Assembly (NCBI GenBank): GCA_003280965.1
Contig: QCDI01000005.1
Span: 60,131 to 124,130, forward strand
DNA length: 64,000 nt
Direction: 5' to 3'
From: Prochlorococcus sp. AG-355-B18
Lineage (GTDB): Bacteria; Cyanobacteriota; Cyanobacteriia; PCC-6307; Cyanobiaceae
The notes under the pieces are model-generated. The model did no database searches. It was not told where the DNA came from and saw nothing but the letters and a program-made list of their open reading frames with translations. Below, one piece after another: positions 43,448-53,924 of this stretch (position 1 is its first letter; each line of letters opens with the position of its first letter). The translations under genes were made by a program, and so were the position numbers.

Positions 43448-43591
43448 TATTTTGATTCCTCAAATTGATATAAAAGATTTAAAACGACCCTTGACTTATT
43501 ACACTACAAAATAAGAAAATAGACAAATTATTATGATTGCTTTTAAGGCTTAATCAAATTATAAATTTGAGCCTTACAGCGTCCCTAAGAC

Positions 43592-44032
43592 ATGACAAAT
43601 TCTAAAAACTCCTCAAACAATTCTTCTAAAAGTAATGAATTGTATGCAATAGCAGAAACTTCAGGCCAACAATTTTGGTTCGAAGTTGACAGATACTACG
43701 ATATTGATAGGTTAAATGCAAAAGAAAAAGATAAAATAACTCTAGAAAAAGTTTTACTGTTAAAGGATAAAAACTCCATTACTATTGGTCAACCTTACAT
43801 TAAAGATGCAAAAATTGAATTAGAAGTCGTTTCGCACAAAAGAGATAAAAAAATCCTTGTATACAAAATGCGTCCTAAAAAAAAGACGAGAAGAAAAATG
43901 GGCCACAGACAAGAACTCACAAGAGTTATGGTAAAATCTATATCAGTTGCTAAAAGTTCCTCTAAGTCTTCTTCTAAAAAAGAAGCTGTTAAAAAGGAAC
44001 CCAAACCAAAATCTGAAAAATCCACAAATTAA
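43592..44032 (+). CDS. rplU: 50S ribosomal protein L21
   Basis: YAIAETSGQQ, KMRPKK..R.KMGHRQ. Confidence 0.97.
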   Translation: MTNSKNSSNNSSKSNELYAIAETSGQQFWFEVDRYYDIDRLNAKEKDKITLEKVLLLKDKNSITIGQPYIKDAKIELEVVSHKRDKKILVYKMRPKKKTRRKMGHRQELTRVMVKSISVAKSSSKSSSKKEAVKKEPKPKSEKSTN

Positions 44033-44041
44033 ACATTACTA

Positions 44042-44302
44042 ATGGCACATAAAAAAGGAACAGGCTCTACAAGGAACGGGAGGGATTCAAACTCTAAAAG
44101 ATTAGGAGTAAAAGCTTATGGTGGTGAAAAAGTATCTGCAGGATCAATTTTGATTCGCCAAAGAGGTACTTCTTTTCTTCCAGGAATAAATGTTGGTAAA
44201 GGTAAAGATGATACTCTTTTTGCACTTAAAGAAGGAATTGTAAACTTTGAAAGCATAAAAAGAAACCTAAGAAATAGAAAAAGAGTTAACGTAGTTATCT
44301 AA
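44042..44302 (+). CDS. rpmA: 50S ribosomal protein L27
   Basis: [16 protein letters not shown]. Confidence 0.99.
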   Translation: MAHKKGTGSTRNGRDSNSKRLGVKAYGGEKVSAGSILIRQRGTSFLPGINVGKGKDDTLFALKEGIVNFESIKRNLRNRKRVNVVI

Positions 44303-45035
44303 TTTTCTTGTAAGCTCTTGCAGTTATGAGAATAGGGTGAAAAACTTCTAAAAAATTTGATTGAATTGTTTTAAAAAAGTTTTCAACAATTTGATTATCA
44401 TCTATATGGAATGGATATTCATTTTTTTCTCCTTTATAAAAATACCAATTCAATAAAGCAATAGAATTACAATCCATAATCTCACTGAAAATCTCAATTT
44501 GGGAAGCTGGATTGGCAAGATGTTCCAAAACATCAAGACAAACTATCGTATCAAATTTCGATATTTGTGCATCTTCAATTGACTTGAAAAAAGTAATCTT
44601 TTTTTCGACTCCTAATTCCTTAGCCCTGTACTCAACAAAGTTTCTATTTGTTTCATTAATATCTACAAAAAACACATGCTCAACTTTTGAAGACATCGCA
44701 TTAGCCAATGCATGCGTACCAATCCCTCCACCGAAATCTAAAACTAAATCTCTAGAAAATCTTTGCTGAAGTTTTAAAGTATCACTAATGTAATCCTTGC
44801 TTGTAATATGCCAAGCAGCTAAATCAGCTAAATGACTATCTCCAACGATCTTAGAATAAAAATCTGAAACATCACTTAAAGCATTACCAGGGTGTAAATT
44901 TGCCAAATTTATCTTTGCATTTTTAAGGAATCCATCTAAATCACATTTTTCAATAGATAAGAATTCCATTAAATGTGATTTCAAATTGAAAGCATTGTCT
45001 AAAAACTCTTTTAAAATAAAATCATTATTTTTCAA
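44295..45035 (-). CDS. Class I SAM-dependent methyltransferase
   Basis: VLDFGGGIG motif [14 protein letters not shown]. Confidence 0.85.
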   Translation of the reverse strand: MKNNDFILKEFLDNAFNLKSHLMEFLSIEKCDLDGFLKNAKINLANLHPGNALSDVSDFYSKIVGDSHLADLAAWHITSKDYISDTLKLQQRFSRDLVLDFGGGIGTHALANAMSSKVEHVFFVDINETNRNFVEYRAKELGVEKKITFFKSIEDAQISKFDTIVCLDVLEHLANPASQIEIFSEIMDCNSIALLNWYFYKGEKNEYPFHIDDNQIVENFFKTIQSNFLEVFHPILITARAYKKIR

Positions 45036-45111
45036 TTTCTTACTCTAAGTTTCCAATACCAAAATCATAGAATGGCAATAAATCTTTATCAAAGTATTCT
45101 TAATATTAAAA

Positions 45112-46035
45112 ATGGAAAATAAAGATGGATTCTTAGTAATTAATAAAGATAAAGGCTGTACCTCTCATGATTGTGTTAAACAAATAAGGAAGTTATTAAA
45201 TACAAAAAGGGTCGGGCACACAGGAACTCTTGACCCAGAAGTTATAGGAACATTACCAATCGCGATAGGCAGTGCAACAAGATTTATTCAATATCTTCCT
45301 CAGGGTAAAACTTATATAGGACAAATTAAATTAGGGATTAGAACTAACACTGATGACATTCACGGAGATATAATTAATCAAAAAAGTTGGCCTAAAATCA
45401 GTCATGAAAAATTAGATCAATACTTAAATAGATTTAGAGGAATTATTAAACAAATTCCGCCGAAAGTATCAAGTGTGCACGTTAATGGAGAAAGAGCTTA
45501 TAAAAAATCTTTCAGGAATGAAATTTTTGAATTAGCGCCAAGAGAAGTAAAAATAGACGAACTTATTTTAATGAGATGGGACCAAATAAACGGAATCATA
45601 GAAATAAAAATCAAATGTTCAGCTGGCACATATATAAGATCAATCGCAAGAGATATAGGAGAAATTCTTGATTCAGAAGGTTGCCTTCTACAACTAAAAA
45701 GGATTTCAGCTTGTGGCTTTGATGAAAAAAACTCGATAAAAATTTCTGATATCGAAAAAGAAAAAGGGAAAAAAAACTCGAAAAATTTTATTATTCCAAC
45801 AATTTCTGCTCTTAATCACATTTCAACATTTGTTTTAAGAAATGAAGAACAAATCAATTTTTGGCAAACAGGAAGAGCTATTAAAGTTGATATAAATTAC
45901 TTACAGGAAAGTAACTCTTTTGACTATAAAAAACCCTTAAAAGTAATAGATAACAAACAAACACTTCTTGGCATAGGCTTCTTAAATAAAGAGCAATCTA
46001 ATATAAATCCAAAATTAGTCCTTAATGCTAAATAA
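45112..46035 (+). CDS. truB: tRNA pseudouridine(55) synthase
   Basis: [21 protein letters not shown]. Confidence 0.95.
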   Translation: MENKDGFLVINKDKGCTSHDCVKQIRKLLNTKRVGHTGTLDPEVIGTLPIAIGSATRFIQYLPQGKTYIGQIKLGIRTNTDDIHGDIINQKSWPKISHEKLDQYLNRFRGIIKQIPPKVSSVHVNGERAYKKSFRNEIFELAPREVKIDELILMRWDQINGIIEIKIKCSAGTYIRSIARDIGEILDSEGCLLQLKRISACGFDEKNSIKISDIEKEKGKKNSKNFIIPTISALNHISTFVLRNEEQINFWQTGRAIKVDINYLQESNSFDYKKPLKVIDNKQTLLGIGFLNKEQSNINPKLVLNAK

Positions 46036-46038
46036 CTT

Positions 46039-47214
46039 CTATAGGTAATCTTTTTTAAAAGGTTTAATCTGCACACCCCTATAAAAATGCTTTAATATTC
46101 TCTCAGCTTTTTGACCTCTAGACGCCATATATTTAGCACCCCATTGACTCATTCCTACTCCATGACCTGATCCTTGTCCAAAAACTATCAAACCTTGTTT
46201 TGTGGGAAATTTATTGTTTAATTTTTCCTCAAAAAATTTAAATCTCACAAAATTACTGTTTAGGCCTAATCTTTTTCTTAAAACTACCCCAGAAATTTGA
46301 TCAGAACCATCAGCTCCAATAAGTTTTACATTTTTTACCCTCCCCGTGCTTGTAATATCTAGAATCTCTATATTTCTTAAACCTCCAATCTTGGGAAATA
46401 AATCAGCTAAATCATTACTCGAAAATTTTTTTTGCCATCTAAATTTTGGATTATTTTTATCAAAATCTTTTACACTTGATAAATATGGAAATTTATTCTT
46501 CCATACATCTTGACTGTTTTCTGTCATTCCACCTGAGCTGCTATGGAATAAAGCATTAATTAATTTATTTTTATACGTCAAAACCAAAGATTTTGTACTT
46601 TTAACCGCTCTATTAGTTTTATAAGTTCTTGACTCCAAGCCATTATAGACTTGGTTGTTCTGAGTTGAATCAATATCAAATAAATTATTTCCCTTTTGCT
46701 TTAAAGCATAAGTTCTAGATGCAATTGCTTGTGCTTTTAATGCTTCAATAGGCCATTTTGTTGGCATCTCTGAACCCACTACACTACTGAGGTATTTTTC
46801 TATTTTTAAAACATTTACCACCAATATTTCAGTATCAAGTACAAAAAGATTAAGCTTACCAGAAAATCTCTTCTGACCTACCCATATACCTCTTCCATCA
46901 GAAGATCTAACTTGCAATTTTTGATTACTTTTTAAGTAATATTTTTTTTGTTTATTTTTATCAAAATATAAAATCTTTCTATTTTTCTCATTTTTCAAAG
47001 TTAGGCCTTTTATTTTTTTACTTGAAAAAAATTTGCCCTCTATGGTTAAAGGAATTGATCTATCTGATCTAATCCTTAAATTGTTATTTTTTGATATTAA
47101 AACTCTGATTATTGGCTCTCTTGATGCAAAAACACCTTCACTCTGAAAAACAAAAATAAATAAAATACTAATCAGGCAATATTTACTATAAAAATTTTTA
47201 AATTTAAGTATCAC
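46039..47214 (-). CDS. SpoIID/LytB-domain protein
   Basis: VVGSEMP, ALKAQAIASRTY, GHGVGMSQWGA. Confidence 0.9.
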   Translation of the reverse strand: MILKFKNFYSKYCLISILFIFVFQSEGVFASREPIIRVLISKNNNLRIRSDRSIPLTIEGKFFSSKKIKGLTLKNEKNRKILYFDKNKQKKYYLKSNQKLQVRSSDGRGIWVGQKRFSGKLNLFVLDTEILVVNVLKIEKYLSSVVGSEMPTKWPIEALKAQAIASRTYALKQKGNNLFDIDSTQNNQVYNGLESRTYKTNRAVKSTKSLVLTYKNKLINALFHSSSGGMTENSQDVWKNKFPYLSSVKDFDKNNPKFRWQKKFSSNDLADLFPKIGGLRNIEILDITSTGRVKNVKLIGADGSDQISGVVLRKRLGLNSNFVRFKFFEEKLNNKFPTKQGLIVFGQGSGHGVGMSQWGAKYMASRGQKAERILKHFYRGVQIKPFKKDYL

Positions 47215-47303
47215 TATGTTTAAAAAACAAACGCTTAATTTGCCTAATTTTGACTAAAAGTCTAGATTTAATCCATATATAAAAATAAAAATATCATAAA
47301 TAA

Positions 47304-48242
47304 GTGAATATCACATTCCTAGGAACAAGCTCAGGAGTCCCATCCTTAACGAGAAATGTTTCTTCATTAGCACTTAAATTATCACAATCATCAGAAGTTT
47401 GGCTTTTTGATTGTGGAGAGGGAACGCAACATCAAATAATGAAAAGCAATATTAAATCTTCACAAATCAAGAAAATATTTATTACGCATATGCATGGAGA
47501 TCATATTTATGGTTTACCTGGACTTTTAGCTACCTTAGGTCTATCAGGAAATAGTAAGGGTATCGAAATTTATGGTCCTTCAGAGTTGAGAAGTTATATA
47601 AATTCTGCACTTAAAAGTAGTTTTTGCAAATTGTCGTTCCCACTGCATTTTGTGGAAGTTGAAAATTTTGCATCAGAGAATAAAATCCTATTTGAAAACA
47701 ACAACATAAAAGTAAACTGCGCCTGTCTTAAACATAAAATACCTGCTTATGGTTATCGAGTGAGTGAAAAAGATAAACCAGGTATATTTGATATCAAAAA
47801 AGCTGAGTCTCTAAAAATAGCACCAGGACCAATTTATTCAGAACTGCAACAAGGTAAAAAAGTCCAATTATCGGATGGTAGAAAATTTGATGGGAAAGAA
47901 TTCTGTGGGCCTCCTAGAAAGGGCGAAAGTTTTGTTTATTGCACAGACACTTTCTTCAGCGAATCGGCTGTTAATTTATCGAAAAACGCCGATTTACTCG
48001 TACATGAATCCACTTTTTCAGAGGAGGATGAAAGCATGGCCTACGAAAAATTACATTCCACAACAATTATGGCAGCTAAAACAGCATTATTATCTAATAC
48101 AAAAAAATTAATTATTACTCATTTAAGTCCAAGATATAATAATAAAAATGCAATTACTCCAAGCGATTTGCTCAAAGAGGCTCAAAAAGTTTTTCCAAAT
48201 ACTCAGCTTGCTAAAGATTTTCTAACAGCAGAAATAAAATAA
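47304..48242 (+). CDS. rnz: Ribonuclease Z
   Basis: FLGTSSG.P, DCGEGTQ, HMHGDH, HEST, THLSPRY. Confidence 0.96.
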   Translation: MNITFLGTSSGVPSLTRNVSSLALKLSQSSEVWLFDCGEGTQHQIMKSNIKSSQIKKIFITHMHGDHIYGLPGLLATLGLSGNSKGIEIYGPSELRSYINSALKSSFCKLSFPLHFVEVENFASENKILFENNNIKVNCACLKHKIPAYGYRVSEKDKPGIFDIKKAESLKIAPGPIYSELQQGKKVQLSDGRKFDGKEFCGPPRKGESFVYCTDTFFSESAVNLSKNADLLVHESTFSEEDESMAYEKLHSTTIMAAKTALLSNTKKLIITHLSPRYNNKNAITPSDLLKEAQKVFPNTQLAKDFLTAEIK

Positions 48243-48329
48243 ACTGCAACAGTTCGTGAGAAGAAGGGTCGTAAATGACCAACCCATGGAATAATAGTCA
48301 TAGGTTTTTCTATATTGATGTTGATCGAA

Positions 48330-48878
48330 ATGGTTTCTATTTTTTCATCACTACTCAAGTCTTGTAAAAGACTATTTATTTTTCTTCCGTTAGTTATTGG
48401 TTTACTTGTTAATCCAATCTCAGCAAACGCTCTTTATCCTAGTGATCCTTCATCAGTTGACGTACTAAAAGATGATCTTCACGGTGCTGACCTTCATAAT
48501 ACTGAATATGTTAAATATGATTTATCTAATCAAGATTTAGGTGAAGCTAATCTTCAAGGCGCTTACATGAGTGTAACAACTGCAAAAAACTCTAGTTTTA
48601 AAGGAGCCAATATGACTGACCTTATTGCATATGCAACAAGGTTTGATAACGCGGATTTTACAGATGCGAATCTTACCAATGGTGAGCTCATGAAAAGTGT
48701 TTTTGATGGAGCAATTATTGATGGAGCAGACTTTACTGATGCAAATCTTGACCTTTCTCAAAGAAAATCATTATGTGAGAGAGCTAGTGGCACTAACACG
48801 CAAACTGGAGTTAATACAATCGATAGTCTTGAATGCACCGGTTTAAAAGGATATATGCCTCCTAAGCCAAAAGCATAA
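48330..48878 (+). CDS. Exported/lumenal pentapeptide-repeat protein (ATG 48330 preferred to TTG 48315)
   Basis: Signal peptide ending ANA; A[DN]LxG-type repeats; C-terminal LC..ASG.N..TG..T..SL.C cap. Confidence 0.9.
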   Translation: MVSIFSSLLKSCKRLFIFLPLVIGLLVNPISANALYPSDPSSVDVLKDDLHGADLHNTEYVKYDLSNQDLGEANLQGAYMSVTTAKNSSFKGANMTDLIAYATRFDNADFTDANLTNGELMKSVFDGAIIDGADFTDANLDLSQRKSLCERASGTNTQTGVNTIDSLECTGLKGYMPPKPKA

Positions 48879-48892
48879 TATCCAAAGATAAC

Positions 48893-49252
48893 TTAATAAG
48901 GGAAGACATTACCAGGCTCTTTTGAGCCTGGTTTTTTGCTATACCACCATTCTTGTATGTCAGAAGAAAATTTCTTTGAAAAAAGGGTTATAACTGTTTC
49001 AACCGGTTTTGATCCAGGTTCCAAAATCTGAACCGAATAAGATGGGCATTTTCTTGAAGCCATATCAGCAACGAACCTAGAACCTATTCTTCTCCAACTA
49101 GGCTCCTTACTTCTCCAAGCAAGCCTGGAACAGGGCCAGGGTAACTCTTCCCTATCATAAAGCCTGCAACATGGTCCAATAACCCTATAACTGTACTGAC
49201 CTCCATAACTTGATTGAACACTGCCAGTTTTAAAAAATTCAAATTTATTCAT
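48893..49252 (-). CDS. Conserved hypothetical Cys/Trp-rich protein
   Basis: GPCCRLYDREELPWPCSRL.WR.KEPSW; downstream of petF. Confidence 0.75.
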   Translation of the reverse strand: MNKFEFFKTGSVQSSYGGQYSYRVIGPCCRLYDREELPWPCSRLAWRSKEPSWRRIGSRFVADMASRKCPSYSVQILEPGSKPVETVITLFSKKFSSDIQEWWYSKKPGSKEPGNVFPY

Positions 49253-49256
49253 TTAC

Positions 49257-49284
49257 AAAAAAAGCCACCTTCACAGAGGGTGGC
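49257..49284 (-). terminator. Intrinsic terminator of petF
   Basis: Minus strand GCCACCCTC-TGT-GAAGGTGGC followed by T7. Confidence 0.85.
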
Positions 49285-49329
49285 AGAGAAATAATGAATA
49301 ATCAACTTAGAAAAATTAATATTTTATAA

Positions 49330-49629
49330 TTAATACAATTCTTCCTCAGCATGAGTTGTAATTGTTACGTCAGATGTTGGGTAAGCAACACATGTAAGTA
49401 CAAAACCAGCTTCTAGTTGGTCATCATCTAAGAAACTTTGATCTGATTGATCAACACTACCTGAGGTAACTTTTCCCGCACATGTTGAACATGCTCCAGC
49501 CCTGCAAGAATATGGAAGGTCGATACCTTGTTCTTCGGCAGCATCAAGGATGTACTGATCATCAGGTACTTCAATAGTTGAATTAAGACCTTCGCCTTCG
49601 CTGATGAGTGTAACTTTGTAAGAAGCCAT
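49330..49629 (-). CDS. petF: Plant-type [2Fe-2S] ferredoxin
   Basis: [13 protein letters not shown]...LTCVAYP. Confidence 0.99.
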   Translation of the reverse strand: MASYKVTLISEGEGLNSTIEVPDDQYILDAAEEQGIDLPYSCRAGACSTCAGKVTSGSVDQSDQSFLDDDQLEAGFVLTCVAYPTSDVTITTHAEEELY

Positions 49630-49763
49630 TTAAATAAAAAATTGTTGGTAATTAATACCTATCAATTACATTTTTAACATCGATTCAGTCGATATGTGAG
49701 ATTTTGAAGTAAAAAATGACACAATAAAATGTATTAAAGAGTATCTATAAGAAAAACTTATAC

Positions 49764-50675
49764 TTAGGTTGGATCGCCGGCTTTTTGCGCAGAGATGCAA
49801 GCCCAATCTTTTCTAGTTGATACATCCAATAATTTCAAGTCATTCTGAATTAATATTTTTATTATTTCATCTTTTTGTGAATTCAGAATTCCACTGAAAA
49901 TGACTTCTCCATTGTTTCTCAAGCAATTATAAATATTTGGAATCATTACTTTTATTACTTCAGCAAGAATATTGCATAAAACAAAATCAAATTGTTTTAG
50001 TTGATTTTTTAAAATTACCTCATTAAAAGATCCTAAATAAGTATTTAAGTTTTTTAAATTACCAAAATTTAGTTGAAAATTTGAGTTAGTGGAATTTATA
50101 GCTAAATAATCATTATCCACTGCACAAACCTCTTTAGCTCCAAGCAATCTTGCAGCGACACTCAAAATCCCGCTACCACTACCAATATCTAATACCTTTT
50201 TATCAAAAAATAAACTATTCTCCATTTTTTCCAAACAAAGATAAGTCGAAGGGTGACTCCCTGTACCAAAGGCTGCTCCAGGATCAATTTTTATGATTCG
50301 TTTATCTTTAAATTTTTTATCTAGATTTATCCAACAAGGCAATATTAAAAAATAGTTTCCCACTAATTCAGGCTTCCAATATTTCTTCCAGCTTGTCAAC
50401 CATTCTTCCTCTTTAATAATACTCCAGTTAAAAAATTGATTCAGCGGGTCATTAATGTTTAGAAGTTTGCTGATTATTTTTTCAAAACTATTTCTAGAGC
50501 TCTCGCCCCAATTATCAATTGGAAGCCATATATGAACCTCTTTTTTATTTTGATTTTTAATTAAATATTCAAATGAAAAACTAAATATTCCAAGCTCATT
50601 TAATTTCCAAATAATAATTTCTTCTGAATCACTTTCTATCAGAAAAGTTACTTTATACCAATCCTTAATTGCCAT
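49764..50675 (-). CDS. prmA: Ribosomal protein L11 methyltransferase
   Basis: [28 protein letters not shown]. Confidence 0.95.
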   Translation of the reverse strand: MAIKDWYKVTFLIESDSEEIIIWKLNELGIFSFSFEYLIKNQNKKEVHIWLPIDNWGESSRNSFEKIISKLLNINDPLNQFFNWSIIKEEEWLTSWKKYWKPELVGNYFLILPCWINLDKKFKDKRIIKIDPGAAFGTGSHPSTYLCLEKMENSLFFDKKVLDIGSGSGILSVAARLLGAKEVCAVDNDYLAINSTNSNFQLNFGNLKNLNTYLGSFNEVILKNQLKQFDFVLCNILAEVIKVMIPNIYNCLRNNGEVIFSGILNSQKDEIIKILIQNDLKLLDVSTRKDWACISAQKAGDPT

Positions 50676-50691
50676 TATTTACTGAGACTTT

Positions 50692-52278
50692 TTATAAAGT
50701 AACTGGATTTGCGCTAGTTATTCCCTCTACTTTAATAATTGTGTCAAGCAACTTATTAGGTATTGGATCATCAATACTCAGCACCATAACAGCTTCTCCT
50801 CTAACAATTTTGCGCCCAACTTGCATTGACGCAATATTTACATTGTTGCTACCCAACAAAGAACCAAGCTTACCGATAATACCAGGCATGTCCCTGTGCC
50901 TAGTAACCAGCATGAATCTACTTGGCGATACATTAACAGGATATTGATCAATACTAATAATTCTTAATTCCCCATCAGCAAAAATGCTTCCTGCAACGCT
51001 ATGGTCTCCATTATCTCCATAAGTGGTTAACTGAAGCGATCCACTAGCAAATTCAGGTCTTGCCTCATCTTTACTCTCTAATACTGAAATACCTCTTGAA
51101 TCTGCTTCTAGAGAAGCATTAACATAATTGATCCTATCTCCCAAAGCTTTACTTAGAAGCCCTTTTAGACTAGCTATTATTAATGGCTGGGATGGATGTT
51201 GAACAAATTCGCCTTGCAGCTTAACCTCTAGTTTCTGTATCTGTCCACCTGAAAGCTGGCTTATAAGCAGACCCATTGTTTCAGCCAACTGCAAATGAGG
51301 TTTTAGACTATCCATGATATCAGGGCTCAAACCTGGTATGTTTACTGCTGTTCTCGCAGATAAGCCAAGCAAGACATCTCTGATTTGTTCTGCAACGTCA
51401 ACAGCTACATTTTCTTGTGCTTCCCTAGTAGATGCTCCTAAATGAGGGGTAAGAATAAGATTCTTCTCAACCTTCAAAAGTGGTGAATTAGATTCCAAAG
51501 GTTCTTTTGAAAAGACATCTATTGCAGCCCCTCCAATAAATGATTTATTTAAAGCTTCTGCTAATGCTTCTTCATCAATTAAACCTCCCCGAGCACAATT
51601 AATTAATTTTGCGCTATTTTTCATACTTTTAAGCACCTCCATATTTACTAAATTCTCTGTCTCTGGTGTGCGAGGTAAATGCAAAGTTACATAATCTGAT
51701 TGTTGGAATAAATCCTCTAGTTCAGATAATTTAACTTGTATTTGTTGAGCTCTTTCAGTTGAGACAAAGGGATCATATCCGTAAACTTCCATTCCTAATG
51801 CATTAGCAACTTTCGCTACATGAGCACCAATTTTCCCTAAACCTACTACACCTAATTTTTTCTTATAAAGCTCATTCCCAACAAATTTCTTTCTTTCCCA
51901 TTTTCCTAACAAAGTACTACTATTAGCAACTGGAATATGTCTAGATAAGGCCAACATCATTGCTATTGTATGTTCAGCCGCAGCTATCGTGTTACCCCCT
52001 GGAGAATTAACAACAAGGACTCCTTTTTGCGTAGCAGCCTTAACATCTACATTATCTACTCCAACTCCTGCTCTCCCAATGATTCTCAGTTTACTTGAAG
52101 AGTTAATAATCTCTTCAGTCACTTGAGTACCAGAGCGAATCATTAAAGCATCATAATCTTTAATAATGGAAGCTAACTCAGAGTCTGAGATTCCTATCTT
52201 CTGATCAACCTGAGCAACTTGTGAAAGAATATCGATTCCTGTTTGATCAATTGGATCTGTAATGAGAACTTTTGTCAT
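50692..52278 (-). CDS. serA: D-3-phosphoglycerate dehydrogenase
   Basis: GRAGVGVDN, GLGKIG, TPHLGAST, C-terminal ACT domain. Confidence 0.97.
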   Translation of the reverse strand: MTKVLITDPIDQTGIDILSQVAQVDQKIGISDSELASIIKDYDALMIRSGTQVTEEIINSSSKLRIIGRAGVGVDNVDVKAATQKGVLVVNSPGGNTIAAAEHTIAMMLALSRHIPVANSSTLLGKWERKKFVGNELYKKKLGVVGLGKIGAHVAKVANALGMEVYGYDPFVSTERAQQIQVKLSELEDLFQQSDYVTLHLPRTPETENLVNMEVLKSMKNSAKLINCARGGLIDEEALAEALNKSFIGGAAIDVFSKEPLESNSPLLKVEKNLILTPHLGASTREAQENVAVDVAEQIRDVLLGLSARTAVNIPGLSPDIMDSLKPHLQLAETMGLLISQLSGGQIQKLEVKLQGEFVQHPSQPLIIASLKGLLSKALGDRINYVNASLEADSRGISVLESKDEARPEFASGSLQLTTYGDNGDHSVAGSIFADGELRIISIDQYPVNVSPSRFMLVTRHRDMPGIIGKLGSLLGSNNVNIASMQVGRKIVRGEAVMVLSIDDPIPNKLLDTIIKVEGITSANPVTL

Positions 52279-52377
52279 TTAAGATTGGTTCTTTAATCTT
52301 TTACTTTAACTTAATCTATAGTGTATGTATCTTATTTTATTAATTTGAATAACACACAAACATTTGAGGATTGAAAT

Positions 52378-52944
52378 TTGACTAAAAGTATTGTGATATA
52401 TGAAGACATTGATAAATGTATTCAGCTATTTGATGTTTTCAAAGAAAAATCAGTAATGCTCTCTGAAGCTATTTTGATCCCACCAATAAGTGAGAAAATA
52501 TCATCAGACGAAACAGAATTACTCAATGCGAAAGCAAATATCTTATTCAAATCTCAAAATTTTGAAGATATAAGAATCTTAAATCCTAAACTTGATAGAA
52601 AGATCAGACAACAAGATATGAGTAGATGGCTAATGCCATTTGGGTTTATAGCTGGAATAGCTTTTTCTAATATGACAAATTTATCTACCTTCAGCTTTCT
52701 TGGTTTAAATAACATCGGGGAATCATTAATTGGAGGTCTTTTAGGAATGGGTTCAGGATATTTAGGAAGCATTGTTTCTTCTGCAAGTATCAACATTAAT
52801 AGAAATAAAGAGTTAAGATCGATCATTAATTTTAATAAAGAGGGTAAATGGCTTGTTCTACTAGAAAATCAAATTGGAGCTGAATTACCATGGGCTTTGA
52901 TAAAACAATCAGAAGCAAAAGATATAATCTTTTTAGAAGGCTAA
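52378..52944 (+). CDS. Conserved hypothetical membrane protein
   Basis: WLMPFGF.AG and Gly-rich hydrophobic segment; abuts the next gene. Confidence 0.7.
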   Translation: MTKSIVIYEDIDKCIQLFDVFKEKSVMLSEAILIPPISEKISSDETELLNAKANILFKSQNFEDIRILNPKLDRKIRQQDMSRWLMPFGFIAGIAFSNMTNLSTFSFLGLNNIGESLIGGLLGMGSGYLGSIVSSASININRNKELRSIINFNKEGKWLVLLENQIGAELPWALIKQSEAKDIIFLEG

Positions 52945-53736
52945 ATGATTGACTTAAAAGAGATCTTAATAAATTCAAACTACAGAAAAGAAACTGAGGA
53001 ATTAATAAATATTGCTAACTTAGCCTACAAACACTGGGAAACTTATTGGACTGGGTTTAATTCAACTTATGTTTGCGAAGAGATTTTAAAAGATTTTGAA
53101 AATTTAAATGATTTCAAATTTTTTGTTTATGGAGGATTCTCTTCTTCTCAAAGATCTAGGATAGCTTGCTTTAGAGGAGATAATATTCCTGAAGAGGATG
53201 CGCTAAAAAGTAATTTTCCAGCTCAAGGAATAAAAATTAATGGAAATTTTTTATTTGATAATGCTACACAAGACGACTTTAGATCCCTCTTAATTGAAAA
53301 TGGGGTTAATCAAATAAAAGTTGGAGATATATGGACTATTGGCGATAGGGGAGCACAAGGGATAATTGATAATTCAAATATTAAGCATCTAGATGAAAAG
53401 ATTTTTTATTTAAGAGACGTAAAAGTAAAAGTTAATGTAGTAGGTATAGATGAATTACAAATACCTTCTGGAAGATCAAAAAAACTTGTCAATACAGTAG
53501 AAGCTTCAACAAGATTAGATGCTATAGCTTCAGCTGGCTTTAGGGTATCACGAACAAAAATCATTGAAAGGATAGAAAATGGAATGCTCAGATTAAATGG
53601 AAGCAAAGTTAATAAGCCAACAATTAATCTAAAAATTGGCGACAAACTAGAACTTGAAAATAAAGGATTTATCGAAATTCTAAATTTAGAAATAACCAAA
53701 AGAGAACGATGGAAAGTTAAATTACTTAGAAAATGA
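52945..53736 (+). CDS. S4-domain RNA-binding protein (YlmH/Sll1252 family)
   Basis: GNFLFD, GD.W..GDRGAQ, EASTRLDAIASAGF.VSR. Confidence 0.88.
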   Translation: MIDLKEILINSNYRKETEELINIANLAYKHWETYWTGFNSTYVCEEILKDFENLNDFKFFVYGGFSSSQRSRIACFRGDNIPEEDALKSNFPAQGIKINGNFLFDNATQDDFRSLLIENGVNQIKVGDIWTIGDRGAQGIIDNSNIKHLDEKIFYLRDVKVKVNVVGIDELQIPSGRSKKLVNTVEASTRLDAIASAGFRVSRTKIIERIENGMLRLNGSKVNKPTINLKIGDKLELENKGFIEILNLEITKRERWKVKLLRK

Positions 53737-53785
53737 AACGCAACCTGCTATTTTCTTATAAGGGGGATTAAAGATTCCTCAATTG

Positions 53786-53857
53786 GGGCGATTAGCTCAG
53801 TGGTAGAGCACTACCTCGACACGGTAGTGGCCACTGGTTCGAATCCAGTATCGCCCA
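53786..53857 (+). tRNA. tRNA-Val(GAC), CCA not encoded
   Basis: Acceptor GGGCGAT/ATCGCCC, anticodon stem CTACC/GGTAG with loop TCGACAC, T-loop GTTCGAATC. Confidence 0.96.
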
Positions 53858-53924
53858 TTAAAACTATTGATGACCTAGGTTATATCCACAGAAAATAATT
53901 TCATTTTTTAGATTATTAAAAAAG

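Noticed and set aside
43448..43591. Possible kaiA remnant between kaiB and rplU
   Set aside because: No recognisable KaiA-like peptide; length fits two divergent promoters
45724..45790. Short direct repeat AAAAAACTCGA within truB
   Set aside because: Two copies only, in-frame coding (KNS), low complexity
1507..53699. Many 60-130-aa ORFs antisense to core genes (e.g. 1507-1782, 4312-4659, 9688-9978, 32882-33268, 39978-40292, 53406-53699)
   Set aside because: They lie opposite well-supported genes and have no motifs; typical antisense shadows
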